Source: an uncultured delta proteobacterium
GTDB lineage: Bacteria > Desulfobacterota > Desulfobaccia > Desulfobaccales > 0-14-0-80-60-11
Direction: 5' to 3'
Length of the DNA stretch: 64,000 nucleotides
Assembly: GCA_963812015.1 (NCBI GenBank)
Contig: CAWETI010000002.1
Location: 896,001 to 960,000 of the forward strand
Below, piece by piece: positions 1 through 9,730 of the stretch (positions are counted from its first letter, which is position 1; the number at the start of each line of letters is the position of its first letter). Made by a program: the position numbers and the translations under genes. The notes beneath the pieces were generated by a model. That model worked only from the letters and a program-made list of their open reading frames with translations, did no database searches and was not told the DNA's origin.

Positions 1-4
1 GCTG

Positions 5-1498
5 GTGGAACACAGCCGGGAGACCGCCTACTTGAAATCCATGGGCCAGGTGCTGGGTTGGGACCAGCGCACCCAGATTCCGCCCAAAGGCCATGAACAC
101 CGCCACCAGCAGTTCGCCATGCTGGCCAAGTGGGTTCACGCCCGGGCCACCGATCCCCAGGTGGGGGAGGCCCTGGCCCGGGTGGAGGCCTCGAACCTGG
201 TGGCAGACGCAGGCGCCATGGCCGCGGTCAACGTCCGGGAGTGGCGCCGGGATTATGACCGGGCCACCAAGATCCCCCAGGAGTTGGCCGTGGCCCTGGC
301 CAAAGCCACCGCCGCAGGGGAAACGGCCTGGGAGCGGACCCGGCCGGACAACGACTGGGAGACCTTCAAGCCCTTCCTGGTCACGGTCGTCGCCCTGAAG
401 CGGGAGGAGGCCCAGGCCCTGGGCTATGCCCGGGAACCCTATGACGCCCATCTGGATGATTATGAGCCGGGGGAGACCGCTGCGGGGCTGGCCCCCGTCC
501 TGGCGCAGCTCCGGGAGGCCCTCATCCGAATCCTGGCGGCGGTTCAGGGCAGCGGGCGGCGGCCCCAGGGTGAGGTGGTGCGCCGGCATTTCCCGGTGGG
601 CGACCAGGAGCGCTTCGCCCGGCTGGCGGCCCAAGCCATCGGCTACGATTTTGCCGGCGGCCGCCTGGACCCCACGGCCCACCCCTTCTCGGTGGATATC
701 GGCCCGGGGGATGTCCGCATCACCACCCGCTTTGACGAGCACTCCTTCAGCCAGGCCTTTTTCGGCACCTTGCACGAAACCGGTCACGCCCTCTATGACC
801 AGGGGCTGCCGGCGGAGCACTGGGGCACCCCCCGGGGGGACGCCGTCTCCCTGGGCATCCACGAATCCCAGTCCCGGCTGTGGGAAAACCTAGTGGGGCG
901 TTCCCTGGGATTCTGGCGGTTTTTTTATCAGCGGGCTCAGGAAGTCTTTCCCGCACTCCACGGCATACCCCTGGAGGTCTTCCACTTTGCGGTCAACGAA
1001 GTCAAACCGTCCCTGATCCGCACCGAGGCCGACGAAGTGACCTACAACCTGCACATCCTCTTACGCTTCGAACTGGAGCGGGCCTTGATGAACGGCGACC
1101 TTGAGGTGGAGGACTTCCCGGGGGCCTTCAACGACAAGATGCGCGCCTTTCTGGGGTTGACGCCTCCCGGCCCCGGCCAGGGCGTCATGCAGGACATCCA
1201 CTGGTCAGCCGGGCTGTTCGGGTATTTCCCCACCTATACCCTGGGGAACCTGTACGCCGCCCAGTTCTATGCCCGGGCCGAGGCCGAGCTGGGCCCCTTG
1301 GAGGAGCGGTTTGCCAGGGGCGAGTTTGCCCCGCTGCTCACCTGGCTCCGGGAGAAAATTCACCGCCAGGGCAACCGCCTCTGGGCCCGGCCCCTGGCCA
1401 AAGAGGTCACGGGGGAAGACCTGGACCCCCGTTACCTGGTGCGCTACCTCCAGCGCAAATTCGGGGCGCTCTATGAGGTGCCGGGAGGTGACCTTTAG
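5..1498 (+). CDS. Carboxypeptidase M32 (Taq-like); true start probably lies before the window
   Basis: HExxH (LHETGH), HESQS, IRTEADEVTYNLH and QDIHW..G.FGYFPTYTLG motifs typical of M32; frame is open to the window edge. Confidence 0.95.
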   Translation: MEHSRETAYLKSMGQVLGWDQRTQIPPKGHEHRHQQFAMLAKWVHARATDPQVGEALARVEASNLVADAGAMAAVNVREWRRDYDRATKIPQELAVALAKATAAGETAWERTRPDNDWETFKPFLVTVVALKREEAQALGYAREPYDAHLDDYEPGETAAGLAPVLAQLREALIRILAAVQGSGRRPQGEVVRRHFPVGDQERFARLAAQAIGYDFAGGRLDPTAHPFSVDIGPGDVRITTRFDEHSFSQAFFGTLHETGHALYDQGLPAEHWGTPRGDAVSLGIHESQSRLWENLVGRSLGFWRFFYQRAQEVFPALHGIPLEVFHFAVNEVKPSLIRTEADEVTYNLHILLRFELERALMNGDLEVEDFPGAFNDKMRAFLGLTPPGPGQGVMQDIHWSAGLFGYFPTYTLGNLYAAQFYARAEAELGPLEERFARGEFAPLLTWLREKIHRQGNRLWARPLAKEVTGEDLDPRYLVRYLQRKFGALYEVPGGDL

Positions 1499-1630
1499 CG
1501 ATGCCCGCTGGCCGGGAGACCGGGATCCGGGCCATGGGCGCCTAACGGTTCGGCCCCTATCCCCGCCTCACCCGGGGGGTGGCGAGATAATCTCCTTGAC
1601 TCATCCGGGCGCAGTGGTTAGCCTGAACCC

Positions 1631-2851
1631 ATGCGCGGTTACTGGGTGGCGATTCCCACATATTGGACCTACCCCGGGGGTGAGGGGCCGGAAGCGATCG
1701 TCTTTGATCATCCCACGCCCCTGGACACGCCGGGGACCCTGCGGCGGACCCTGGAGAGCCTGGTCCCTTTGGCGGCCCAAGGGGTGGAGGTGGGGGTGGT
1801 GGCCGCGGCCACCGCGCCTGCTCTTGAGGCCGCGGTGGCCCGCCGGGTCCGGGAGGTGATCGAGTCCCCGCCGCTGCCGTATCCGGTGAGATTGTTTGCG
1901 GCCTCGCATCTCGGCCGGCTCCGGGATTTCTGCCGGACCCGGGAGCGGGCGGAGTGGCTGCCCCTGCTGTCTCTATCCGGCTATGCCCAGATCCGCAATA
2001 TTACCTTGATTCTCGCCACCATCTGCGGCGCGGGGGTGTTGCTCAGCCTGGACGACGATGAGGTGATCGCCGACCCGGATTTTTTGGCCAAGCTGGAAGA
2101 GGATGTGGCCCGGCTCGGTGAGGAGCACCCCGTCTTCGGGTTGGCCGGGATTTACCGGAACCAAGACGGCGGGGTGCTGCTCCCCGAACCCGCCGCCACC
2201 TGGGCCGTGGCCTGGCCCAAGATGCGCTGGCTGAACGCGGCGCTGACGGAACTGGCGCTGACCGGCCCCCGCCTGCAACCCACGCTCCTGGGGTTCGGCG
2301 GCAACCTGGCGGTGCCGGCGGCCCTGGGACGTTTGCTCCCCTTCGATCCCGTCATCACCCGGGGGGAAGACACGGACTACCTCTTGAACGCCCGCATGTT
2401 CCAGATTCCCTTTTTCCTGGACAACACCCTGGCCATCAACCACCTGCCGCCGGACAAGCCCCACCCCACCTGGCTGAGGCTCAGGCAGGACCTGGTGCGA
2501 TTTTGCTATACCCGGTTGAAATTACGGCAGCAGGAGCCGGGTCCCGGCCGGGCCCGGGTGACCCCCGGGGACCTCAAACCCTATCCCGGCAATTTTCTGG
2601 AAGACGACCTGCCCCACCGGGCCTTTCAGAGCCACACCCTCCTGGCCCTGGACTATCTGGCCCAGGGTGACGCCGAGGGCGCCCGGCAGACCCTGATGAA
2701 CCTGGTCCTGATGGACCGGCTGGAGCAGACCGGCGCCGGAGTCTACCGGGAATATCTGAAGACCGTCAGCCACTGGCAGGCCCTCCAATCCTGGCTGGCG
2801 CTGCCAGACATCGCGGCCCAGGCCCGCCAGGCCCTGTGGGGGACGGCTTGA
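1631..2851 (+). CDS. Putative GT-A fold (GT2-like) glycosyltransferase
   Basis: LSLDDDE (DxD-like), GFGGN and RGEDTDY motifs; translationally coupled to the next GT gene. Confidence 0.6.
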   Translation: MRGYWVAIPTYWTYPGGEGPEAIVFDHPTPLDTPGTLRRTLESLVPLAAQGVEVGVVAAATAPALEAAVARRVREVIESPPLPYPVRLFAASHLGRLRDFCRTRERAEWLPLLSLSGYAQIRNITLILATICGAGVLLSLDDDEVIADPDFLAKLEEDVARLGEEHPVFGLAGIYRNQDGGVLLPEPAATWAVAWPKMRWLNAALTELALTGPRLQPTLLGFGGNLAVPAALGRLLPFDPVITRGEDTDYLLNARMFQIPFFLDNTLAINHLPPDKPHPTWLRLRQDLVRFCYTRLKLRQQEPGPGRARVTPGDLKPYPGNFLEDDLPHRAFQSHTLLALDYLAQGDAEGARQTLMNLVLMDRLEQTGAGVYREYLKTVSHWQALQSWLALPDIAAQARQALWGTA

Positions 2852-3939
2852 GCGGCCCGCCGGAGGTGATCCGGCCCGAGGCTTGGGGGCGCGGGGCCCG
2901 GCTCCCCACCCTGGGGTTGATCCCCGCCGGCAGCTTTGACCCTGAGGCGGTAACCCGCCTGAAAGAAGCGGAGCGGGTGACGGTGCACCTGGTCTTCCCG
3001 GTGGGGAGCGCCCGGGAGGCCGGCAATCTGGGGGATCTCCTGGTGACGCTGCGGCCACTTTTTGCGCGCCTCATCGATCAGGTCTGGATCGCCTATGGGG
3101 GCGGGCGTCCCGAAGGTTTGCGGCGCCTGACAGATCTCTTTCCCCAGGTCAAGGTCTTTCCCGCGGCCAAGCGGCTCCCGCCGGACCAACAGGACGCCCC
3201 CCCGGGCAAGGGGGCGTCCATGCGGGCCTTTCTGTATCATTTGATGATGACCGAAAACGTCACCCATCCCCGGACGGTGGTGGCGTTTCTCGACGCGGAC
3301 ATCCGGCCCCCCTACTTTCATCCCCGGTGGGTAGTGGACCCGGTGGGGGCCATCCTCTGGTTTCGCACGGTGGAGGCGGCCAAGATTGTCTATCAGCGCC
3401 CCCACGGGGGCCGGTTGAACACCATGCTCCGGTCGCTTCTGGCCCTGTGCCCCCATGCCGGGGTCCAGACCCTCCAGAAGCTGGCCTACCTGTTGTCCGG
3501 GGAGATGGCCGGGACCCTGAAGTTCTGGAGCCGCCTGCCCTTCAAGACGGGCTACGGCGTGGAAACCCTGATCCTTTTGTCCTTTGCCCTGGATCAACTG
3601 GGTCTGGCGCCCGGCACCCCGGACCTGGAACACCTGGTCCAGGTCTACGTGGGCCAGATGGATCACCGCCACGCCCCCCTCACTTCCACCCCCCGTAAGC
3701 GGGGGCTGGACCAGATGGCCGGGACCGTGTTCCATACCCTGATGGAGTCCCTGATGGCGGCGGGTCTCTGGCGCTGGGCCTCGCCGCAGCTCACGCCGCC
3801 GCGGCTTTCCATCCCGGTGCCCGACGGGGCCGCCGGGGAGCCCCTGGATTGGATGGAGGTCCCCCTGGCCGACGTCACCCTGCCGCCTCTGGCGGCCTGT
3901 CCCGAGGTGCAGGCGCGCCTCACGCCGGGGGACCCCTGA
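2848..3939 (+). CDS. Glucosyl-3-phosphoglycerate synthase-like glycosyltransferase (GT81/GpgS-MpgS type)
   Basis: PGKGASM, FLDADI, GGRL, LSGEMA, GYGVE and HRH motifs; TTG start at 2848 overlaps the upstream TGA. Confidence 0.7.
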   Translation: MSGPPEVIRPEAWGRGARLPTLGLIPAGSFDPEAVTRLKEAERVTVHLVFPVGSAREAGNLGDLLVTLRPLFARLIDQVWIAYGGGRPEGLRRLTDLFPQVKVFPAAKRLPPDQQDAPPGKGASMRAFLYHLMMTENVTHPRTVVAFLDADIRPPYFHPRWVVDPVGAILWFRTVEAAKIVYQRPHGGRLNTMLRSLLALCPHAGVQTLQKLAYLLSGEMAGTLKFWSRLPFKTGYGVETLILLSFALDQLGLAPGTPDLEHLVQVYVGQMDHRHAPLTSTPRKRGLDQMAGTVFHTLMESLMAAGLWRWASPQLTPPRLSIPVPDGAAGEPLDWMEVPLADVTLPPLAACPEVQARLTPGDP

Positions 3940-4961
3940 TGCGCCTAGCCCAGATCGCGCCTCCCTGGATTCCGGTGCCTCCCGTGACCTACGGCGGCAC
4001 GGAACTGATGGTGGCTGGCCTCATCCAGGGGCTCACGGCCCGGGGGGTGGAGGTCTGGCTGTTCAGCGCCGGGGATTCCCGCCTCAAAGTGCCCCAATAC
4101 GGGCATTTCCTCCACTCGTTCTGGCCGCCGGACAAGTTTTCCGAGAATCTCCACCTGTCCCACGCCTTCGCCCGGCTCCGGGAGCAGCCGCCTGTGGTAA
4201 TCCACTCGCACCTGGAGTCCGCCGCGGGTTTCTGGGCCCTGGCCCCGGCCGCGCCCCTGGTGATTACCATCCACACGCCCCTGTTCCCCATGAAACGGGA
4301 CTATCTCCTCAGTTTCCCCAAGGTGCATCTGGTGGCAGTGAGCGCCTTTCAGTCCCGGCAGTTGGAGGGGCATCCCCGTCTCCACCTGATCCCCCACGGC
4401 CTGGACCTGGCGGATTATCCCTTTCAGGCCGCCAAGGAAGATTTTCTGCTGTTCCTGGGCCGCATCTATCCTGACAAAGGTCTCCACACGGCCATTCGCC
4501 TGGCCCGGGAGGCCGGGGTGCGGCTGTTCATCGCCGGGCCGGTTTTCGAGCCGGACCGGCCGTATTTTGACGGCCAGATCCGGGACCGCATCGACGGCGA
4601 GCAGATCGTCTATTTAGGGCCGGCGGATCATCCCCGCAAGGTGGATCTGCTGAAGCGGGCGAAGGCATTGGTGCTGCCCCTGGAGGTGGACGAAACCTTT
4701 GGGCTGGCCATGCTGGAGGCCATGGCCTGCGGCACCCCGGTTTTGGCCTACGACCGGGGGGCGGTGCCCGAAGTAGTGGCCCACGGGGAAACCGGGTTTG
4801 CCGTAAGCACTTACGAGCAGTTGCGGGACAGTCTCGGGCGCCTGGCCGGTTTGGACCCCCACCGCTGCCGGGCGCACGTGGCGCTAAACTTTTCCCGGGA
4901 CCGCATGGTGGCGGCTTATCTGAAACTGTACGACGAGATGGGTCGGGAGGTAAAGAGATAG
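3939..4961 (+). CDS. GT4 family glycosyltransferase
   Basis: IAPPW..VPP..YGGTE N-terminus, LGRI.PDKG, ETFGLAMLEAMACGTPV; ATG at 3939 in a TGATG overlap. Confidence 0.92.
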   Translation: MRLAQIAPPWIPVPPVTYGGTELMVAGLIQGLTARGVEVWLFSAGDSRLKVPQYGHFLHSFWPPDKFSENLHLSHAFARLREQPPVVIHSHLESAAGFWALAPAAPLVITIHTPLFPMKRDYLLSFPKVHLVAVSAFQSRQLEGHPRLHLIPHGLDLADYPFQAAKEDFLLFLGRIYPDKGLHTAIRLAREAGVRLFIAGPVFEPDRPYFDGQIRDRIDGEQIVYLGPADHPRKVDLLKRAKALVLPLEVDETFGLAMLEAMACGTPVLAYDRGAVPEVVAHGETGFAVSTYEQLRDSLGRLAGLDPHRCRAHVALNFSRDRMVAAYLKLYDEMGREVKR

Positions 4962-5072
4962 TAAGGGGAGCATGAAATTGATGGATATCGGGCGGTTCTC
5001 ACCCCACCCCTACGGTGAGGCAAGTCATTACTCGGAGCAGAAAATGGGTTCCACTAGTTTATAAGCTGATTG

Positions 5073-5166
5073 AAAATCCCCCTAAATCCCCCTTTTTCAA
5101 AGGGGGACTTTCTAAAAGATTCTGCGCGGTTCCCCCCTTTGGCAAAGGGGGGATAGGGGGGATTTT
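5073..5166. repeat. Palindromic REP/MITE-like element
   Basis: Terminal inverted repeats aaaatcccc...ggggatttt enclosing two CCCCCTTT-n-AAAGGGGG hairpins. Confidence 0.7.
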
Positions 5167-5296
5167 TATAAGGGTTCAGCTTAAAAAAGTAATCTCTTGA
5201 ATGCTCTGATTGATCAGTCTTTGGGTGAAGGCATAAGTAGCCGTAGCTTCCGGGCTTTACTTCTCGGGCGACCCGGTTTATTCTGCAAACGGGCCT

Positions 5297-6613
5297 ATGG
5301 TTATCTCGCGGCTGGTGCTGAAATTAGGGCTGGTAAGATTTGCCACCTCGCTTTTGGTGGTGTTGCTGGCCAACGTCCTGAACCGGGTGTTGATCGTGGA
5401 CCTCATGGTGCCCGCGGCCCTGGTCACCTTCAGTTTTGCCTTCCAGCACGTGATGACGCCTGTAGGGCTGGTCACCGGCTATTTTTCCGACACCCATGCC
5501 CTCAGGGGCCGTCACCGGGCCCCCTATATCTGGGGGGGCATGCTGCTCAGCGTGGCGGTCATGCCGTTCTTTCCGGATTGGGCCCTGGAGATGGGAGCCC
5601 AGCCCCACAGCCGTGCCCTTCTGTACCAGGGGGTGCTCCTGTTTTCCCTGTTCGGCATCGGCACCACCGTGTCCGCCACCGCCATCAACGCCCTCCTGGT
5701 GGACCGGGTCCCGGAGCCGGACCGGGGCGGCGCCCTGACCATGGTGTGGATTTTTACCCTGCTGGGGTTTATTGTGGGCTCCGCCCTCACCGAGGTGCTG
5801 TTCCCGGCTTTTGATCCCGCCAAGATCCAGGAGCTGTTTGGAGTGGTCACCCTGGTGGTGGTGGCGGTCACCCTCTGGGGCGCCTGGGGCATCGAACCGC
5901 CCTGCCAGGCCGCGCCCAATCACCAGCACGGCCAGATGCAGTTGTGGCCCACCTTAAAGTTTCTGGCCAGCAACCGCCAGGCCCTGGCTTTTTTTGCCTT
6001 TCTGGGGACCACGATTTTCTTTTTGGCTATTCAAACTTTCCTTTTGACCGCGTACGGCGGGGAAGTCTTGGCCCTGCCGGTGGCGGCCACCAGCCGTTTC
6101 GGGGTTTACACCACCTACGGCATCCTGGCGGGCATGGTGGGGGTGCATGTGCTGCTCAGCCTGCGGCACAATTGGGGAAACCGGGCCATCCTGGCGGTGA
6201 GCCTGGTGATGGGCGCCGCGGCCTTTGGCCTCTTGAGCCTGACCTCCTTTAGGCCTGACCCGACCTGGGGTATCTATGCCCTCTGCCTCCTGGGGCTGGC
6301 CCGGGGGTTTTACAACGTCGGGCTGTCCCACCTGACCATGAGCATGGCCCACCCCAGCTTCAGCGGGATCTTCATGGGGCTGTGGAATCTGGCCAGCGGC
6401 CTGGCCCTGGCCGCGGGGGAAATGGCCGGGGGATTTCTCAAAGACCGGCTGGTCTCCTTTTCAGGCAGTCAGGCCGGGGCGTATGGCTGGGTGTTTTTGC
6501 TGGAAGGGGTGGGGCTGCTGGCCTGCCTGCTGTTCCTGGTGCCTCTGAGCCTGAAGCAATACCGGCCCCAACTGGTGGTGCTGGTGGCCGAGGAGAAGCT
6601 GAAACCGTATTAA
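5297..6613 (+). CDS. BCD/PucC-family MFS transporter
   Basis: About 12 hydrophobic segments; N-terminal LGL....VLNRVLIVDL.VPA and G..SD....G.HR.PYIWGG pattern typical of PucC-like proteins. Confidence 0.8.
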   Translation: MVISRLVLKLGLVRFATSLLVVLLANVLNRVLIVDLMVPAALVTFSFAFQHVMTPVGLVTGYFSDTHALRGRHRAPYIWGGMLLSVAVMPFFPDWALEMGAQPHSRALLYQGVLLFSLFGIGTTVSATAINALLVDRVPEPDRGGALTMVWIFTLLGFIVGSALTEVLFPAFDPAKIQELFGVVTLVVVAVTLWGAWGIEPPCQAAPNHQHGQMQLWPTLKFLASNRQALAFFAFLGTTIFFLAIQTFLLTAYGGEVLALPVAATSRFGVYTTYGILAGMVGVHVLLSLRHNWGNRAILAVSLVMGAAAFGLLSLTSFRPDPTWGIYALCLLGLARGFYNVGLSHLTMSMAHPSFSGIFMGLWNLASGLALAAGEMAGGFLKDRLVSFSGSQAGAYGWVFLLEGVGLLACLLFLVPLSLKQYRPQLVVLVAEEKLKPY

Positions 6614-6745
6614 GCTGGGGGAAGAGAGACTGGGGAGAGGTAACCAGGGGCTTTTTCATTTTTTCGTAAGGGCCCCCGCTCCTCACTAACTTTGCAGCAG
6701 TCTTACAAGAGGCAAAGCACAGTGGTCATGCCGGGGCGGAAGACT

Positions 6746-8089
6746 ATGACTGCCAGGGACCGGGTTAAGCGGTGGGTTTTCACCATCCTGTCCCTGCTCT
6801 TCCTGGGGTGCGGCCCGGCTCCGGAAATCCCGCCGCCCGGGACCATTACCTATACCTTTGATGCCCCCACCCGCCATTTGATCAGCCTGTTGGCCGAGAA
6901 GGCCAAGAGTTCGGTCTATAAGGACTTTGACCGAAACTTCAAGGGGCTCCTGGTGCCGGAAAGCCTGCTGCCGTATGAGCCCTTTGTGCTGGGGCTCTCC
7001 ACCGAAAGCAAGATACCTTCCGTGCTGCTCCTGGATGCTCCCTGGGTGCAGCGGTACGGGGTGGCCGGGTGGCTCTACGAACTGGAACGCACCCAGGTCT
7101 TTGACCGGTCGGAACTGGTGCCGGCGGTGGCAGAGGCCTTTTCCGTCAGTCTGACCCGGATCACCCACCGGCGGGACAAGGAGCTGGTGGCGGTGCCGAC
7201 TTACATCAAGGGCAATATCCTCTTCTGTCGCGGGGATATCCTGAAGCGGTATAAACTGGCCCCCCCCCGCACTTGGGACGAGTTAAGGACGATCTGCCGC
7301 AAGGTCCTGCCCCAGGAAAAGTCTCTGAAATACGGTCTGCTCATCCACTCCACCAATGCCGTCAATGATTTTTACCCGATTCTCTGGGGCTTCGGTGGTC
7401 AGGTCATCAATGACGCCGGCCAGTTTGTCCTGCCTCAGAAGCCTAACGCTGATGCCTTCGTGGCGGCCCTCAAAGAGTTGGTCAGCTTGCAGGGGAGCAT
7501 CATGCCGGGGCCGGCCGAACTGAAAAAATTCGAGCCCACGGAAAGCCTGCGGCAGGCCTTTTACCGAGGCCAGGCCCTGTTCATGATCAACTGGAACACC
7601 CGCATGAGAGACCTGCGTGATTTGATTGCCAAAGGCCAGGGCCAGCCCCCGGAGAGCCTCACCGACATGAGCCAGGTGTGGGTGTCCCCCATCCCGGCGC
7701 GAGCGGGCCATCCCCACCGCTATTCCACCATCGGCTCTTTTGGCTGGGCCGTCAACCGGTTTTCCGTGACCGACCCGGCGGTCATCGCCCATGCTAAGAG
7801 TTTCATTGAACTGGTGGCCGACGAACAGTTCCAGCTCCTGGCGGCGGAAACTTTGGGGCAGGTGCCGTCCCTGAAGCGGGCCCTGGAGAAGGTCACCAAT
7901 CCAGAAGTGGCGCAGGTGTACAAGTGGACCTTTGGCCAGAAGGACATGGTGATCCGGCCCCGGCCCCACAGCCGCCGGATCAACAGTGTGTTGGAAAAAT
8001 ATCTGCTGGAGGCCCTGTACGGCCGGCTGACCCCGGAGGCGGCCCTGGCCGGCGCCTTGGCGGACCTTAAAGATCAAACGACCGAATAG
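6746..8089 (+). CDS. Extracellular solute-binding lipoprotein (sugar-binding family 1-like)
   Basis: Lipobox LFLGC; LDAPW, L.AVP, PP.TWDEL and F.RG.ALF..NW motifs of carbohydrate SBPs. Confidence 0.8.
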   Translation: MTARDRVKRWVFTILSLLFLGCGPAPEIPPPGTITYTFDAPTRHLISLLAEKAKSSVYKDFDRNFKGLLVPESLLPYEPFVLGLSTESKIPSVLLLDAPWVQRYGVAGWLYELERTQVFDRSELVPAVAEAFSVSLTRITHRRDKELVAVPTYIKGNILFCRGDILKRYKLAPPRTWDELRTICRKVLPQEKSLKYGLLIHSTNAVNDFYPILWGFGGQVINDAGQFVLPQKPNADAFVAALKELVSLQGSIMPGPAELKKFEPTESLRQAFYRGQALFMINWNTRMRDLRDLIAKGQGQPPESLTDMSQVWVSPIPARAGHPHRYSTIGSFGWAVNRFSVTDPAVIAHAKSFIELVADEQFQLLAAETLGQVPSLKRALEKVTNPEVAQVYKWTFGQKDMVIRPRPHSRRINSVLEKYLLEALYGRLTPEAALAGALADLKDQTTE

Positions 8090-9730
8090 ATGACGACACC
8101 CTCAACCTTTATTCGTTATTCCCTGCGGAACCGGCTGTTTGTCCTGGCCGGGGCTACCTTTGTGCTCTGCGCCGTGGTCATCCTGTTGTTCTTTCCCCTG
8201 CTTAACCTCACCCTGACCGGCCTCCAGGACCGCACCCTCAAGTCCATGCAAGAGGGCACCGAAGTGGAAGCCACCACCATCGCCCGGCTGCTGGTCCTGG
8301 AATTCTCATCCCTCAAGGGGTTGATGCAGGTGACCCCGACCTCGAACACCGAGGTGGATCAGTGGATCAAGGATCTGTTGTGGGAGAAGGTCACTTTCAA
8401 TGAAATCATCGAGGGGATCGAGCTGATCCAGGGGCAGCCGGACGTCCTGGGTCAACACCTGACGTACCTGTTTTATCGCCGGGAGGCCCCGGAACTGAAG
8501 CCCATGGACGGCCCCCAGAAAATCTTGAAGTCCTTTGAGGGCCTGGAACAAGACCTCATCAACAGCATCAATGAGCAGCAGCGGGTGGACAACGCCCTCC
8601 AGGAATCCGTCAATCGGGGCCCCAAACAAGAAGGGGCGATGCTGCTGCGCTACATGCCGGTGTACGTGCTGCTGGCGGATGAAGGGGCGGTTTACTGGGG
8701 CGTGGCCAAAATCGGCATCGATACCAGCCGCATGCGCCACCTGCTCGCCCTCCAGAGCGAAGAACAGGACCGCATCCGCAATGCCATCTGGATAGAGATC
8801 ATCCTGAGCCTGTTCATCTCCGGCCTTCTGGCCATGAGCCTCATCTACGTCTGGGTGCGCTATATTACCGAGCCCTTGAAAAACCTCAGCGTGGTGGCGG
8901 CGGATTTGCGAGGCGCCAAACCCGAGGAATTCGACCTCTGGCTGGAGAACCTCAAGCGGCTGGACCCCCAGGGGCAGGTGGAGGTGATGGCGATCCAGCA
9001 AGTCCTGGAACGACTGGGCGCGGCGGTGCCCAAGCTGGGCCAGCGGCTGATTGACAGGGAAGCCCGGGCCTGCCTGGGCGAGGTGATGGCCAGGGGGCTC
9101 CCGGCCCTCAAGGCCTGGCTGGCCGAACTGCGGGATCTGGAGCAGGAACCGGCTCCCGGGGCCCCACGCCCCACCGGCGGGAAGTCGGCGGAGATTCGGG
9201 CCAGAATCGACACGGTGTTGGATGATGTCGCCCACTTTGGGGCGGACCCGCCAGGGGAGTGGGATCAACTGGATTTAACCCCGGGGCTGGAGCGGGCCTG
9301 GCGCCTGGCGACCCTAAGGCTGCCGGCGGAAGTCACGTTGCACCTTTCCCTCGCGCCCCTGCCACCGGTTTGGGGGGTGGCGGCGGAGCTGAGCCTGGCG
9401 GCGCTCTATCTCCTGACCTTTGCGGTGGAGCTGCTGCCCCCGGGCGGGGACCTGGGACTGACGGCGGAGCCCACGCCGGCGGCAGGGGTGCGCCTGACGG
9501 TCTGGGTTTCCGGAGCCCGCCGCTCGCCGGCCGAATGCCAGGAGTGGCTGAATCCTTTCACCGATCCGGACAAAATCCAGGGAAGCTTGGGTCCGGCCCT
9601 GGCCGCGGCCATCGCCGCGCAGCACGGCGGCAGTCTCACGGTGGCCCCCCGGGAACCGGGCGGCGCGGCATTTTCCCTGGAATTGCCCCCCCCGGCGGTG
9701 GCCCAGGAATCCCATGAACCTTTTATCTAA
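8090..9730 (+). CDS. Membrane sensor with degenerate histidine-kinase (HATPase-like) domain
   Basis: Two TM helices flanking a periplasmic domain, HAMP-like ITEPLKNL, C-terminal NPF...GSLG.ALAAAIAAQHGG; H, N and G1 boxes degenerate. Confidence 0.7.
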   Translation: MTTPSTFIRYSLRNRLFVLAGATFVLCAVVILLFFPLLNLTLTGLQDRTLKSMQEGTEVEATTIARLLVLEFSSLKGLMQVTPTSNTEVDQWIKDLLWEKVTFNEIIEGIELIQGQPDVLGQHLTYLFYRREAPELKPMDGPQKILKSFEGLEQDLINSINEQQRVDNALQESVNRGPKQEGAMLLRYMPVYVLLADEGAVYWGVAKIGIDTSRMRHLLALQSEEQDRIRNAIWIEIILSLFISGLLAMSLIYVWVRYITEPLKNLSVVAADLRGAKPEEFDLWLENLKRLDPQGQVEVMAIQQVLERLGAAVPKLGQRLIDREARACLGEVMARGLPALKAWLAELRDLEQEPAPGAPRPTGGKSAEIRARIDTVLDDVAHFGADPPGEWDQLDLTPGLERAWRLATLRLPAEVTLHLSLAPLPPVWGVAAELSLAALYLLTFAVELLPPGGDLGLTAEPTPAAGVRLTVWVSGARRSPAECQEWLNPFTDPDKIQGSLGPALAAAIAAQHGGSLTVAPREPGGAAFSLELPPPAVAQESHEPFI

